Of a stretch of 64,000 bases of DNA, positions 1 through 9,364 are shown one piece after another. The translations under genes were made by a program, and so were the position numbers. Position 1 is the first letter of the stretch. The number at the start of each line of letters is the position of its first letter. The notes under the pieces were generated by a model. The model worked only from the letters and a program-made list of their open reading frames with translations. It was not told the origin of the DNA and ran no database searches. Origin of the DNA: Candidatus Methylomirabilota bacterium (lineage in GTDB: Bacteria > Methylomirabilota > Methylomirabilia > Rokubacteriales > DASRDR01); contig DASZOL010000050.1 in NCBI GenBank assembly GCA_035550795.1, forward strand, positions 31,809 through 95,808, in the 5' to 3' direction.

Positions 1-78
1 CCGCGTGTTTGCGCTAGCCTACTTGCAACCTCGCGCTCTCAAGTGCCGAACGTCCGCGACACCCGGAAGGAGGCAGTG

Positions 79-1626
79 ATGAAGGCTACCTGCCGTGCCC
101 TCGCGTTGACCCTGAGTCTGCTGGTAACCTTCGCCGGCACGGCCCTTGCCCAGAAGCGGGGAGGTGACCTCGTCGTGGGCCAGACCGCCGGCACCAACAC
201 GCTCGACCCGCACTTCACGGCCTCGGCCGCCGCCCGGAACATGATGCTCGGCATGTACGAGACCCTCGTGACGATCGACGAGAACGCTTCGCCGGCGCCG
301 ATGCTGGCGGCGAAGTGGGAGGTGCTCGACAACGGGCTGACCTACCGCTTTGAGCTTCGGAAGGGGGTCCGGTTTCACAACGGCAAGGAGATGACCGCTG
401 CCGACGTCAAGGCGTCGCTGGAGCGTTTCGGGCGAGTCAGCCCGGAAAAGCAGACGATGGCGCAGGTCGCGTCTATCGAGGCGGCCGACGCGCACGTCGT
501 GGTGATCCGGCTCAAGCAGGTTGACACGTCGTTCCTCGACCGACTGGCGTCACCAGCGTCGCCGACGACGATCATCCCGGCCGACGAGGCGGCGAAGGAG
601 GTCAACAAGACCGCCCACATCTCGACCGGCCCCTACCAGTTCGTCGAGTGGATCCCGGACTCGCACGTCAAGCTCAAGCGCTTCGAGGGCTACGTCCCGA
701 ATACCTCGATGAGCGGCCGCGACGGGCTCGGGGGGCGCAAGACGGCCTATTTCGACACGATCACCATCCGGATCATCAAGGAGGCGAGCGCGCGGGTCGC
801 GGCGCTCGAGTCCGGCCAGATCCACTTTGCCGAGGACGTGCCCATCCCGGCGGCCAAGCGCCTCGAGACCGTTGCGAAGCTCCGGGTGGAGAACCTCCTT
901 CCCTGGGCCCAACCCCTCGTGCTCGTGAACACGCGCCTCGCCCCGACGAGCAACCTGAAGCTGCGGCAGGCGATCCAGGCGGCCCTGGACATCGACGAGA
1001 TCCTCGCCGCCGCCACCGACGGGCTCTATCAGTTGAATCACGGGTGGGTCTACCCGAACAGCGCTTATTACGCACCCGAGGCCGGGCGGGCCCTCTACAA
1101 CCAGAAGGATTTGAAGAAGGCCAAGGCCCTGCTGGCGGATTCCGGCTACAAGGGCGAGCCCCTGACCATGATCACGAACAAGGACTACCAGTTCATGTTC
1201 AAGTCCGGGGTGGTGATGTCGGAGCAGCTGAAGGCACTCGGCATCGACCTGAAACTCGACGTGCTCGACTGGCCGACCATGGCCGCCCGGGCGAACACGA
1301 GCGAGGGCTGGAACCTCGCCACGACCGGGTTCGCCATCCAGCCCTTCGTGGGTCCCTACAGCTACCTGAAACTGTTCTGGGGTCCCACCCACGTCGGCCG
1401 TGTCGCCAGCGATCCCGTGCTGGATCAGGCATGGGGGAAGTTCAACACCTCCCTGAAGCAGGCCGACCGGAAGGATGCCTGGGCCCAGATCCAGCAGCGA
1501 ATGGCCGAGCAGGTCTACATCCTGAAGCTCGGCGATTCGGGCATGAAGCTCGGCATGGCGCGCGCCCTCGCCGGCTTCAAGCCGTACCAGGGGGCCCACC
1601 GCTTCTGGAACGTGTGGTTCGAGTGA
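79..1626 (+). CDS. ABC transporter substrate-binding protein, family 5 (peptide/nickel, DppA/OppA-like), cassette 1
   Basis: ORF 43..1626. ATG 79 lies 5 nt after AAGGAGG. Sec-type signal MKATCRALALTLSLLVTFAGTALA is followed by QKRGGDLVVG, a mature N-terminus motif shared with the SBPs at 6866 and 22149. Length is typical of family 5. Confidence 0.9.
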   Translation: MKATCRALALTLSLLVTFAGTALAQKRGGDLVVGQTAGTNTLDPHFTASAAARNMMLGMYETLVTIDENASPAPMLAAKWEVLDNGLTYRFELRKGVRFHNGKEMTAADVKASLERFGRVSPEKQTMAQVASIEAADAHVVVIRLKQVDTSFLDRLASPASPTTIIPADEAAKEVNKTAHISTGPYQFVEWIPDSHVKLKRFEGYVPNTSMSGRDGLGGRKTAYFDTITIRIIKEASARVAALESGQIHFAEDVPIPAAKRLETVAKLRVENLLPWAQPLVLVNTRLAPTSNLKLRQAIQAALDIDEILAAATDGLYQLNHGWVYPNSAYYAPEAGRALYNQKDLKKAKALLADSGYKGEPLTMITNKDYQFMFKSGVVMSEQLKALGIDLKLDVLDWPTMAARANTSEGWNLATTGFAIQPFVGPYSYLKLFWGPTHVGRVASDPVLDQAWGKFNTSLKQADRKDAWAQIQQRMAEQVYILKLGDSGMKLGMARALAGFKPYQGAHRFWNVWFE

Positions 1627-1645
1627 ACGGGAGGATTGCGGAGGG

Positions 1646-1663
1646 GCCGGCGCCGTCGCCGGC
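1646..1663 (+). other. GC-rich stem-loop between SBP and permease genes (intra-operon)
   Basis: GCCGGCG-ccgt-CGCCGGC, a 7-bp perfect stem read directly. It starts 20 nt after the SBP stop (1626) and lies upstream of the permease start (1705). Confidence 0.4.
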
Positions 1664-1704
1664 GGACCCGGCGGATCCCCGCGCCTAGCACGCGCGCCCC
1701 GCCG

Positions 1705-2649
1705 ATGGGGCGGTACGTCGCTCGCCGGCTGCTCGCCACGGTCGTCGTGGTGTGGCTCGTCACCCTCATCTCGTTCAGCATCATGCACTTGGTGCCCGGG
1801 GATCCCGCCTTGGTGATGGCCGGTGTCGGCGCCTCAGCCGACCAGGTGCAGCGGATCCGGGAGCAGTTCGGCCTGGACGCCCCGTTCCTCGTCCGCCTCT
1901 CCCGGTGGTACGCCGGTCTCCTTCGGGGGAACCTAGGGGACTCGATCCTGCTCGGCCGCACCGTCGCCCGGGCGATCATCGAGCGCATCCCGGCGACGCT
2001 CTCGCTGGCCGCACTGGCGTTCGGTCTGACGGTGGTGCTCGGGGTGGTCCTCGGCACGCTCGCAGCGGTGCGGCAGAACACCTGGGTCGACCAGGTGATC
2101 ATGACGCTCGCGGTGGTTGGCGTGTCCGTGCCGAACTTCTGGCTCGGGTTACTGCTCATCATCCTGTTCTCGGTGATGCTCGATTGGCTGCCGGCAGGGG
2201 GCTACGTGCCCCTCGCGGAGGACCCTGGAGCCTGGCTTCGCGCGCTGGTGCTGCCCGCGGTCTCGCTGGCCCTCCTGCAGGTGGGGCTGGTCGTCAGGAT
2301 CACGCGGGCGACGGTCGTCGAGACGCTCCGGCAGGACTTCGTGCGGACCGCCCGCTCCAAGGGTTTGGCGGGCTGGGTGGTCGTCGGCAAGCACGCATTC
2401 GGGAACGTGACGATCCCCGTCATCACGGTGCTGGGCATCACGGTGAGCTTGCTCCTGTCCGGCTCGGTGGTCGTCGAGACCGTGTTCTCGGTGCCGGGGC
2501 TTGGCCGGCTCATGGCGACGGCGATCCTTGCGCGCGACTACCCGGTGATCCAGGGGGGATTGCTGGTGACCGCGCTCCTGTTCGCGGGCGTCAACCTGGT
2601 GGTTGACGTGCTCTACGCTTGGCTCGACCCGCGGATCCGCTACCAGTGA
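1705..2649 (+). CDS. ABC transporter permease, DppB/OppB-like, cassette 1
   Basis: ORF 1636..2649, trimmed to ATG 1705 (MGRYVARRLLATVVVVWLVTLISF). It has the HLVPGDP N-terminal motif, an RTARSKGL EAA-loop region and a C-terminal LDPRIRY. Polytopic and hydrophobic. Confidence 0.9.
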   Translation: MGRYVARRLLATVVVVWLVTLISFSIMHLVPGDPALVMAGVGASADQVQRIREQFGLDAPFLVRLSRWYAGLLRGNLGDSILLGRTVARAIIERIPATLSLAALAFGLTVVLGVVLGTLAAVRQNTWVDQVIMTLAVVGVSVPNFWLGLLLIILFSVMLDWLPAGGYVPLAEDPGAWLRALVLPAVSLALLQVGLVVRITRATVVETLRQDFVRTARSKGLAGWVVVGKHAFGNVTIPVITVLGITVSLLLSGSVVVETVFSVPGLGRLMATAILARDYPVIQGGLLVTALLFAGVNLVVDVLYAWLDPRIRYQ

Positions 2650-3533
2650 GCGCAGCGGCGCTTCCCGGCCGGCCGGTCCCGGTTTCCTGGGCCGCCGGGC
2701 GGCGCGGTCTCCGGCGTGCCACCCGCCACGGGCTGCTCCTCACCGGCGCCGCGCTGTGCAGCGGCGTCCTCGCCCTTGCCCTGCTGGCCGACGCCATCCA
2801 GGTCCAGCAGCCCGAGCGAATGCGGATTCGCGATGCCTTCGCTGCCCCCGGCGCCTCGTATCCCTTCGGGGCCGACAACCTGGGGCGCGACGTGTACAGT
2901 CGAGTGATCCACGGCGCGCGGTTCTCGCTGCTGATCGGACTGGCCACGGTGGTACTCACCGCCGGGGCTGGCACGGCCCTCGGGAGCCTCGCCGGGTATT
3001 TCCGGAGCTGGGATGAGCCGGTCATGCGGGTCATGGACGCGCTCATGTCGTTCCCGGCGATCCTGCTCGCCGTCGCCATCACCGCGGCGCTGGGTCCGTC
3101 GGCAACCAACGCCGTGATCGCGCTCGCCGCCGTCTACACCCCGCGCACGGCCCGTATCCTCCGGGCGTCTGTGCTGGTTGTCCGCGAGATGGAGTACGTC
3201 CAGGCCGTGTACGCCGTCGGCGCCAGCCATCTGCGCGTCCTACTGCTTCACGTGCTCCCGAACTGCCTCGGGCCACTGATCGTGCAGCTCACCTTCGTGT
3301 TCGCCTACGCGGTGCTGGCCGAGGCGGCGCTGAGCTTCCTCGGGATGGGGCCGCCCCCGCCCGCGCCGACCTGGGGCAACATCATCGCCGAGGGTCGCGA
3401 CTATCTGCGCGAGGCGCCCTGGATCTGCCTCTTCCCCGGGGCAGCGATATCGGCCACCGTGCTGGGACTCAACCTCCTCGGCGACGGCCTGCGGGACGTG
3501 CTGGACCCGCGGATGGCGGTGGACGGGGGCTGA
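2646..3533 (+). CDS. ABC transporter permease, DppC/OppC-like, cassette 1
   Basis: ORF 2619..3533. In-frame GTG 2646 overlaps the upstream stop (GTGA). GADNLGRDVYSRVIHGARFSL and the C-terminal LLGDGLRDVLDPR are typical of DppC-type permeases. Confidence 0.88.
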   Translation: MSAAALPGRPVPVSWAAGRRGLRRATRHGLLLTGAALCSGVLALALLADAIQVQQPERMRIRDAFAAPGASYPFGADNLGRDVYSRVIHGARFSLLIGLATVVLTAGAGTALGSLAGYFRSWDEPVMRVMDALMSFPAILLAVAITAALGPSATNAVIALAAVYTPRTARILRASVLVVREMEYVQAVYAVGASHLRVLLLHVLPNCLGPLIVQLTFVFAYAVLAEAALSFLGMGPPPPAPTWGNIIAEGRDYLREAPWICLFPGAAISATVLGLNLLGDGLRDVLDPRMAVDGG

Positions 3534-3790
3534 CGCCGCGGGGGCGAGCGACCTCGCCCATCGCTGCCAGCGCCTCCTCCGGGCCGGGCGTCTCGGGGCC
3601 TCTACGCCGTGACGACACGAGCGGCCCCGGTCGGCTCCCATGGCGCCGACGTCAGCCACGCCGTCCTGGGCGGTCACTTTTCCGTGCCGGGAGCGTCCGG
3701 GCGACCGTTTCGTCGATGGATGAGATGGCCGGGGGGCGGTGGACACGTCTCGCCCGCCCTCGGCCCCCGGTCTGCTCGTGACCCTCCGGC

Positions 3791-4261
3791 TCAGGGCGGG
3801 TAGAGGAGGATCTGGGTACACCGGAAGAGGGCCAGCGCGCGGCCGGTCGACTCGTCGGTGACCTTCGCGTCCCAGACCTGGGTCGTGCGCCCGGCGTGCA
3901 CCACGGTGGCCTCGCAGACGACCGCCCCCTCGAGGACGGTGCCGAGGAAGTTCGCCTTGAGCTCGATCGTGGTGAAGCCACGGGCGCCGTCCGGGAGACT
4001 GGCCATGGTGCCGTAGCCGCACGAGGAGTCGGCCACGGCGATGACGGTGGCCGCGTGGAGGTACCCGTTCGGCGCCAGGTGCTCGGCGCGGACGGCCAGC
4101 CGGCTCGTGACCCGGCCCCGGGCCACGTCCTGGAACTCGATGCCGAGAAAGCCCGGCAGGTACCCCTGGCCGAAGGTCCGCCAGTGGTCGATCGACTTCG
4201 GGATCGTCGGCTCCCTCGACACCGGACGCTTGTCCACCGGGCCCTCGCTCCCGCTGCTCAA
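3791..4261 (-). CDS. PaaI-family hotdog-fold thioesterase
   Basis: ORF 3791..4261. TTG start overlaps the YceI stop (TTGA). The segments HLAPNGYLHAATVIAVADSSCGYG and VVHAGRTTQVWDAKV match the 4HBT/PaaI thioesterase pattern. Confidence 0.8.
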   Translation of the reverse strand: MSSGSEGPVDKRPVSREPTIPKSIDHWRTFGQGYLPGFLGIEFQDVARGRVTSRLAVRAEHLAPNGYLHAATVIAVADSSCGYGTMASLPDGARGFTTIELKANFLGTVLEGAVVCEATVVHAGRTTQVWDAKVTDESTGRALALFRCTQILLYPP

Positions 4262-4965
4262 GGGACGGCGACGAGGTCGACGTGGAGCGTGACCTCGTCC
4301 CTGTTGCGGATGGCGCCGAGAAGCGCGCTGTAGGGGCGGTACCCGAAGCTCGACTGGAGGAAGGTCAGGGTCGCGCGGGCCCGCAGGGCTCCGGAGTCGA
4401 GCGCCACCGCGGCCGGAAAGGTCAGCTCCCGCGTGACGCCCCGGAGGGTCAGCCGGCCGCTGATCCTCAGCCGACCGTTCCCTTCCGTGACCACCCGGGT
4501 CGAGGCGAAGCGGATCGTCGGGTATCGCGGGACATCGAGCTGGTCCGGGCCGCGCATGGCCTTGTCCACGTCGGCGCGCTGGCTGTCGGAGAGATCGCCC
4601 TCGACCCCCAGACGCCTGCGAGCCGCGGGCTCGTCGACCCGCAGGGAGGCGGCGCGAACCTCGACGACGACCGAGCTGGCCTCGGGCCGGCTGGCGTCGT
4701 ACTCGACGCGTCCCGCCACCTCGGTCGCCTCGACGACGTGGTCGTGGGCGAGCCGGCTGCCGAGGCCTTCACGGTGGAGCTGGACCGCGAGACGCGTTCG
4801 CTCGGGATCGACCCGCAGCGTCGCGCCCCACGCCGCCCCGTGCCCGAGCAGGATGGCGCTCGCGGCGATCCACGCCGTCCAGGCCTGCGCGCCTCGGTGC
4901 CGGCGGCCTGCCCGGGGCGGGCTGATCGATCGCGCGAAGGGGATCACGCCGCGGGAGGTCGTCAC
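4258..4965 (-). CDS. YceI-family periplasmic protein
   Basis: ORF 4258..4965. GTG start overlaps the upstream stop (GTGA). An N-terminal hydrophobic signal (AWIAASAILLGHGAAWG) precedes a beta-rich domain (LAHDHVVEAT...IRFAST...LTLRGVTRELTF) resembling the YceI-like domain. Confidence 0.7.
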   Translation of the reverse strand: MTTSRGVIPFARSISPPRAGRRHRGAQAWTAWIAASAILLGHGAAWGATLRVDPERTRLAVQLHREGLGSRLAHDHVVEATEVAGRVEYDASRPEASSVVVEVRAASLRVDEPAARRRLGVEGDLSDSQRADVDKAMRGPDQLDVPRYPTIRFASTRVVTEGNGRLRISGRLTLRGVTRELTFPAAVALDSGALRARATLTFLQSSFGYRPYSALLGAIRNRDEVTLHVDLVAVP

Positions 4966-5324
4966 CGGGTCGGTGGATCGGGCGGCGCGAGCGGCCAGGG
5001 CAGCGCGTCGCTCCAGTCGTCGAGCGGCGTCCGGGGCTCGCGGGCGGGCGGAGGGTCGGGTGGTGCGGGGTGGATGGCCCGCACGCGGGGGGCCCGGTGG
5101 ACCGGCTCCTCTCGCAGCACGTGACGCATCACGTAGTGGCGGTCGAACAGCTCACCGAGGAAGCGCCCGCCTAGGTCGAAGACGTCGGGGCCGCGGCCCG
5201 GGACCGACTCCACCCATCCCGCCTGGCGCCCGTATCGGTCGAAGACCCGATCGCCCTCGCGAAAGCCCCAGAGGGCTCCGTTCCACCGGAAGATCGGGAC
5301 GGCGTCGCGAGGAGCGTCGGTCAC
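4962..5324 (-). CDS. hypothetical protein with a triple short Gly-hairpin repeat and a Pro-rich tail
   Basis: ORF 4962..5324 overlaps both neighbours by 4 nt (GTGA at each end), which argues for real translation. It has three [FV]xxxGxxxG[FWE] units (FRWNGALWGF, FDRYGRQAGWV, FDLGGRFLGEL) and a tail PAPPDPPPAREPRTPLDDWSD. It may be related to beta-flower-type small proteins, but I am unsure. Confidence 0.5.
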   Translation of the reverse strand: MTDAPRDAVPIFRWNGALWGFREGDRVFDRYGRQAGWVESVPGRGPDVFDLGGRFLGELFDRHYVMRHVLREEPVHRAPRVRAIHPAPPDPPPAREPRTPLDDWSDALPWPLAPPDPPTR

Positions 5325-6853
5325 CGGCGGGTGGCGCTTCCGTCACGGCCGGCGCCGACGACCCCGCGGATCTCCGGCTCGAAGTCGTCGTCGAACGGGT
5401 ACAGCGGCTTCGACCGGTGGCGCCAGTCGAGGCGTTCGACGCGGGCGGTGCTCGGCCCGGGCGTGTCCACCACCCAGCACGCCCGGGCGACGGCGGCGTA
5501 CCCGTCGCGGAACTGGAGCGGGGACTTGACCACGACGATCTTCGCGTTCCGCGGCTCGAGCCCGACGGAGCGGTAGAGGGCGGGGTCGAACGTGAAGGCG
5601 GGCCGCTCGGTGGCCAGCACCGCGATGCGCCCGACCTCGATCACCGCCGCCCGCCCCATGTGGAACTCGACGCCCGCCGACTTCTTGTCCGACGAGATGA
5701 AGCGTCCGTCGGAGAGGATCCGCACCCGGCCATCGACGGCAACGGGACGGTTGTACCGCGGGTCGAGCGTGCCGCCCACCGTGGTGGCCACGTCGGCCCC
5801 CACGCCGGCGGCGATCGCCCGCGCGACCGCCGGAGCGTCGACGACGGTCACGAGGCATCGCTCCGTCACGCCCAGCGCGAGGAGCCGCTCGAGGACGTGG
5901 GCGCTGTCACCGGGGGAGCCCGAGCCCGTGCTGTCCGCCGACTCGGACAGGACGAACGGGCCGCCGTCGGACGCGAGGGCCCGGCGGATGGCGTCGTCCA
6001 CCGGCAGGAGATCGGCCGCGAAGCTGCGCCGCCGCTCCCAGGCCTGCCACGCGAGCTGGCGGACCATCGGCTCGATCTCGGCGGCGCGGCGCGCACCATC
6101 GGCGACCGCCATGACGCAGAACCCGGTGTCCGGGATGTCGAGCCAGGGCTGGACCGGGAAGAGGGAGACGGCGAGGACGCCGGGCCGGGCCTGCAGGCGC
6201 TTGGCCTCGGCCATGAGCCCGGCCATCGGCTGGTCGTCGGTTCCCTGGCCCTCGGCCGGCACCAGCATGGGCGAGCGTGCGAAGAGCGTGACGGGGCGTA
6301 CTTCCCCCCGCACGGCCCGCAGGAGGAGGGCGGCCGCCTTGGCGCCGGTCTCGTAGAGGTCGATGTGAGGATAGGTGTCGTAGCCGACGAGGGCGTCGGC
6401 CTCCTGGACCATCCTGGGGGTGATCGTGGCGTGAAGGTCGAGCGTCGCGACGATGGGCACGGCCGGGCCGACCGCCTTCCGGACCGCGGCCAGGAACTCG
6501 CCCTCGCCGTCCGGCGCGTCCTCGAGCACCATCGCGCCGTGGAGCGCGAGGAGCACGCCGTCGACCGGCCCCGCCGCGGCCAGCCGCTCGAGGAGCGCGT
6601 CCCTCACGTGTTCAAAGGTCGCCCGGGTCACCGGCCCCGACGAGACGGCGTTGGCCGCCACCGTCGGGACCAGCTCGACGCCGGCCGGCCCCAGCACGTC
6701 GAGGAACCCCCCGATCTCGGCCCGCGTCCCGCGAAGACGCGGGACGATCTCGTCCCCGTAGAGCAGCTGGGTGGCCCGGAAGTGCTCGAGGTCCGCACGC
6801 TGGCGGACGAAGGTGTTGGACTCCTCCATGAACTGCCCGAGCGCGATCCGCAC
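5321..6853 (-). CDS. M81-family metallopeptidase (MlrC-like)
   Basis: ORF 5321..6853, 510 aa. The N-terminus MRIALGQFMEESNTF matches the MlrC N-domain signature (RIAxxxFxxExNTF). GVLLALHGAMV and the overall length also fit. Confidence 0.8.
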   Translation of the reverse strand: MRIALGQFMEESNTFVRQRADLEHFRATQLLYGDEIVPRLRGTRAEIGGFLDVLGPAGVELVPTVAANAVSSGPVTRATFEHVRDALLERLAAAGPVDGVLLALHGAMVLEDAPDGEGEFLAAVRKAVGPAVPIVATLDLHATITPRMVQEADALVGYDTYPHIDLYETGAKAAALLLRAVRGEVRPVTLFARSPMLVPAEGQGTDDQPMAGLMAEAKRLQARPGVLAVSLFPVQPWLDIPDTGFCVMAVADGARRAAEIEPMVRQLAWQAWERRRSFAADLLPVDDAIRRALASDGGPFVLSESADSTGSGSPGDSAHVLERLLALGVTERCLVTVVDAPAVARAIAAGVGADVATTVGGTLDPRYNRPVAVDGRVRILSDGRFISSDKKSAGVEFHMGRAAVIEVGRIAVLATERPAFTFDPALYRSVGLEPRNAKIVVVKSPLQFRDGYAAVARACWVVDTPGPSTARVERLDWRHRSKPLYPFDDDFEPEIRGVVGAGRDGSATRR

Positions 6854-6865
6854 GCGCGCGGCCGC

Positions 6866-8398
6866 CTACTTCTCGATGCTCACGTTCTCGAGGACGGCCA
6901 TGTCGTCGACGGTGTATGCGAAGCCGTCGACGTGCTTGGCCAGCGCGAACACGCTCTGTCGGTAGGCGATCGAGATCACCCACGCCTCGTCGAGGATGGC
7001 GGCGTTGAACTTCGCGAACGCCGCCTTCTGCTTGGCGGCGTCGATCGTCCCGTTGGCCTCGTTGAGGGCGTCGAGGTAGGCCTTGGGCACCTCGTTGCCC
7101 CACACCGGATTGTTCGCCGGGCGGTAGATGCTGTTGAGGGCGACCCGCGTCGGGTACTTCTGCGTGTTCCCCGAGAACGACGGGCAGATCTGGAAGTCGC
7201 CACCGAAAAGCCGCTTGTAGTACAGCGTCGAGTCGACGACGGCGATGTCGAGCGTGAAGCCGATCTTCGCCAGGTCAGCCTTGAGGACCTGCGAGATCGC
7301 GGGGAGCTCCGGGAACTGCGGCAAGGTCAGGCACTCCGCCTTCCCGCCGGCGACGCCGGCCTTCTCGAGGAGCTCCTTGGCGCGCTTCAGGTCGAACGGG
7401 TATTTCGCGGCTACGGACCGGTCATACGCGGGCGAGTTCCGGCTGAAGGGGAGCACGGTCGGCTCGCTCACGCCGAACAGCACGTTGTTCACCACCCCCT
7501 GGCGGTCGATGGCGAAATGGAGCGCGTGGCGGGCCTCCTTCTTGTCGAACGGCGGCCTGGTCCCGTTGACCCGGATCTCGTACGTCAGGGCGCCCGGCGT
7601 GCCGCGGACCATGTTGAACTCGCGAGCGAGCCGCGCGGTGTCCTTCGGCGGCACCGCAATGACGAGGTCGCAGATGCCGGACTGGAGGGCGGCGACCATG
7701 GCGTCCGAGTCGCCGAAGACCTTGAAGATGACCCGGTCGGCCCACGGGGTGCCCTGCCCCCAGTAGGCGGGATTCCGTTCCAGCGTCGTGTGATCGCCGG
7801 GCACCCACTCGACGAACTTGAAGGGCCCCGTGCCGACGCCGCGATTCTTGAGCGAGTCCATCGCCGCGGGCTCCATGATCCCCATGGCCTGGAGCAGGTC
7901 GAAGACCTCCGGCGAGACCTTCTTGAACTTGATGACGACCGTGCCGGCGTCGGGGGCCGTCACCTCGGCCACGTTGGCGACGGCCGGAAGCATGTTCCAG
8001 CCACGCTCCTTGTCGGCCGCCTTCTCGAAGTTCTTGACCACGTCGGCCGCCATGAGGTCCTTGCCGCTGTGGAACTTCACACCCTTCCGCAGGGTCAGCG
8101 TCACGGACTGGCCGTCGGGGGCGACGGCCCACCGCTCGGCGAGCCCGGGCAGGGGCTTGAGGCTCGCGTTGTAGCGGGTCAGTGTGTCGTAGAGATTCTG
8201 CTGGAGGGTGAAGTTCGCAAAGGAAAGCTTGTGGGGGTCGAACGTGTCGAAGTCGTTCGGCATCCCGACCGTGAGCGTTCCACCGCGCTTCTTGGCGGCG
8301 GCTCGGCGCGCGGCGGCCAGGAAGGCCGTTCCGGCGATGGTGCCGGCGGCGAGGCCCTGCAGGAAGCGGCGGCGACTCGGGGCGTGAATCGGAGTCAT
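6866..8398 (-). CDS. ABC transporter substrate-binding protein, family 5, Tat-signal, cassette 2
   Basis: ORF 6866..8398. Twin-arginine signal SRRRFLQGLAAGTIAGTAFLAAA is followed by KKRGGTLTVG. Family-5 SBP length. Confidence 0.9.
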   Translation of the reverse strand: MTPIHAPSRRRFLQGLAAGTIAGTAFLAAARRAAAKKRGGTLTVGMPNDFDTFDPHKLSFANFTLQQNLYDTLTRYNASLKPLPGLAERWAVAPDGQSVTLTLRKGVKFHSGKDLMAADVVKNFEKAADKERGWNMLPAVANVAEVTAPDAGTVVIKFKKVSPEVFDLLQAMGIMEPAAMDSLKNRGVGTGPFKFVEWVPGDHTTLERNPAYWGQGTPWADRVIFKVFGDSDAMVAALQSGICDLVIAVPPKDTARLAREFNMVRGTPGALTYEIRVNGTRPPFDKKEARHALHFAIDRQGVVNNVLFGVSEPTVLPFSRNSPAYDRSVAAKYPFDLKRAKELLEKAGVAGGKAECLTLPQFPELPAISQVLKADLAKIGFTLDIAVVDSTLYYKRLFGGDFQICPSFSGNTQKYPTRVALNSIYRPANNPVWGNEVPKAYLDALNEANGTIDAAKQKAAFAKFNAAILDEAWVISIAYRQSVFALAKHVDGFAYTVDDMAVLENVSIEK

Positions 8399-8419
8399 GG
8401 CGTCTCCTTCATTGGAGTC

Positions 8420-9364
8420 TCACGAGTACCGGATCCGGGGATCCAGGAGCGCGTACGCGAGGTCGGTGAGGAGGTTGATGACGACGAACGCGAGGACGAC
8501 GAACAGGATCGTACCCTGCACGACCGTGTAGTCGCGCGTCAGGATGGCCTGGAGCAGCATGCGGCCCAGGCCCGGGTAGTCGAAGATCGCCTCGGTGATG
8601 ACCGCCCCGCCCATGAAGGCGCCAAACTGGAGCCCGACGACGGTCACCACAGGAATCAGCGCGTTCCGCAGGGCATGAACTCCGATGACGGGCCGCTCGC
8701 CCAGTCCCTTCGCCCGCGCGGTGCGGACGTAGTCCTGGTAGAGCGTCTCGAGGAGGGCCGCGCGAGTGAACCGGGCGAGGACCGCCGAGACATAGGCCCC
8801 CAGGGTGAAGGCGGGGAGGATCAGGAAGCGGAGGGCTCGCCCCGGTTCCTGCCAGAAGGGCACGAAGCCCGACGTCGGGAGCCAGCGGAGCCAGAGTCCG
8901 AAGCAGAGGACCAAGAGGATGCCCAACCAGAAAGTGGGGACAGCCATGGCCAGGGCATTGTAGCCTGTGACCCCGCGCGCGATCCATGACCGGGGGCGGA
9001 CGGCTGACGCGATCCCGAACGGTGCGGCGATGGCGAGCGCCACCACGAACGATGCCACCGTCAGCTGGAGCGTCACCGGGATCCGCTGGGCCAGCATCGT
9101 GGTCACCGGCAGGCCGTTGAGATACGAGACTCCGAGGTCGCCCTGGACGACCCGGCCGAGCCACAGGGCGTACTGCACCGGCAGCGGACGGTCGAGCCCC
9201 ATGCGCGCGCGGGTCCGCTGGATCTGCTCCGGCGTGACGTCCGGGCCGAGCAGGGCGACCGCGGGGTCGCCAGGGATCAGGTAGATCATGAGCCAGACGC
9301 CGACCGACGCCAGGAGCAGGACCGGCAGCAGCTGGATGAGACGAAAGAGGACGTAGCGCGCCAT
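8420..9364 (-). CDS. ABC transporter permease, DppB/OppB-like, cassette 2
   Basis: In-frame part of ORF 8420..10609, starting at ATG 9364 (MARYVLFRLIQLLPVLLL...IPGDP...RTARAKGL...LLDPRIRYS). The ATG shares 1 nt with the upstream TGA (TGATG). Confidence 0.9.
   Translation of the reverse strand: MARYVLFRLIQLLPVLLLASVGVWLMIYLIPGDPAVALLGPDVTPEQIQRTRARMGLDRPLPVQYALWLGRVVQGDLGVSYLNGLPVTTMLAQRIPVTLQLTVASFVVALAIAAPFGIASAVRPRSWIARGVTGYNALAMAVPTFWLGILLVLCFGLWLRWLPTSGFVPFWQEPGRALRFLILPAFTLGAYVSAVLARFTRAALLETLYQDYVRTARAKGLGERPVIGVHALRNALIPVVTVVGLQFGAFMGGAVITEAIFDYPGLGRMLLQAILTRDYTVVQGTILFVVLAFVVINLLTDLAYALLDPRIRYS

Noticed and set aside
3534-3790. Gap after cassette 1, examined for a decayed DppD/DppF ATPase remnant
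   Set aside because: No frame on either strand shows Walker A, signature or Walker B fragments. Track ORFs here (3609..3803 +, 3652..3981 -) look like GC artefacts.
4433-8989. 1518-aa plus-strand ORF spanning five minus-strand genes
   Set aside because: Its composition is Arg/Gly/Pro/Asp/His-rich and low-complexity, with no recognisable domain. It is exactly antisense to well-supported genes (YceI, M81, SBP, permease). At about 70 % GC with strong GC3 bias, antisense frames lack AT-rich stop codons, so this is a shadow ORF.
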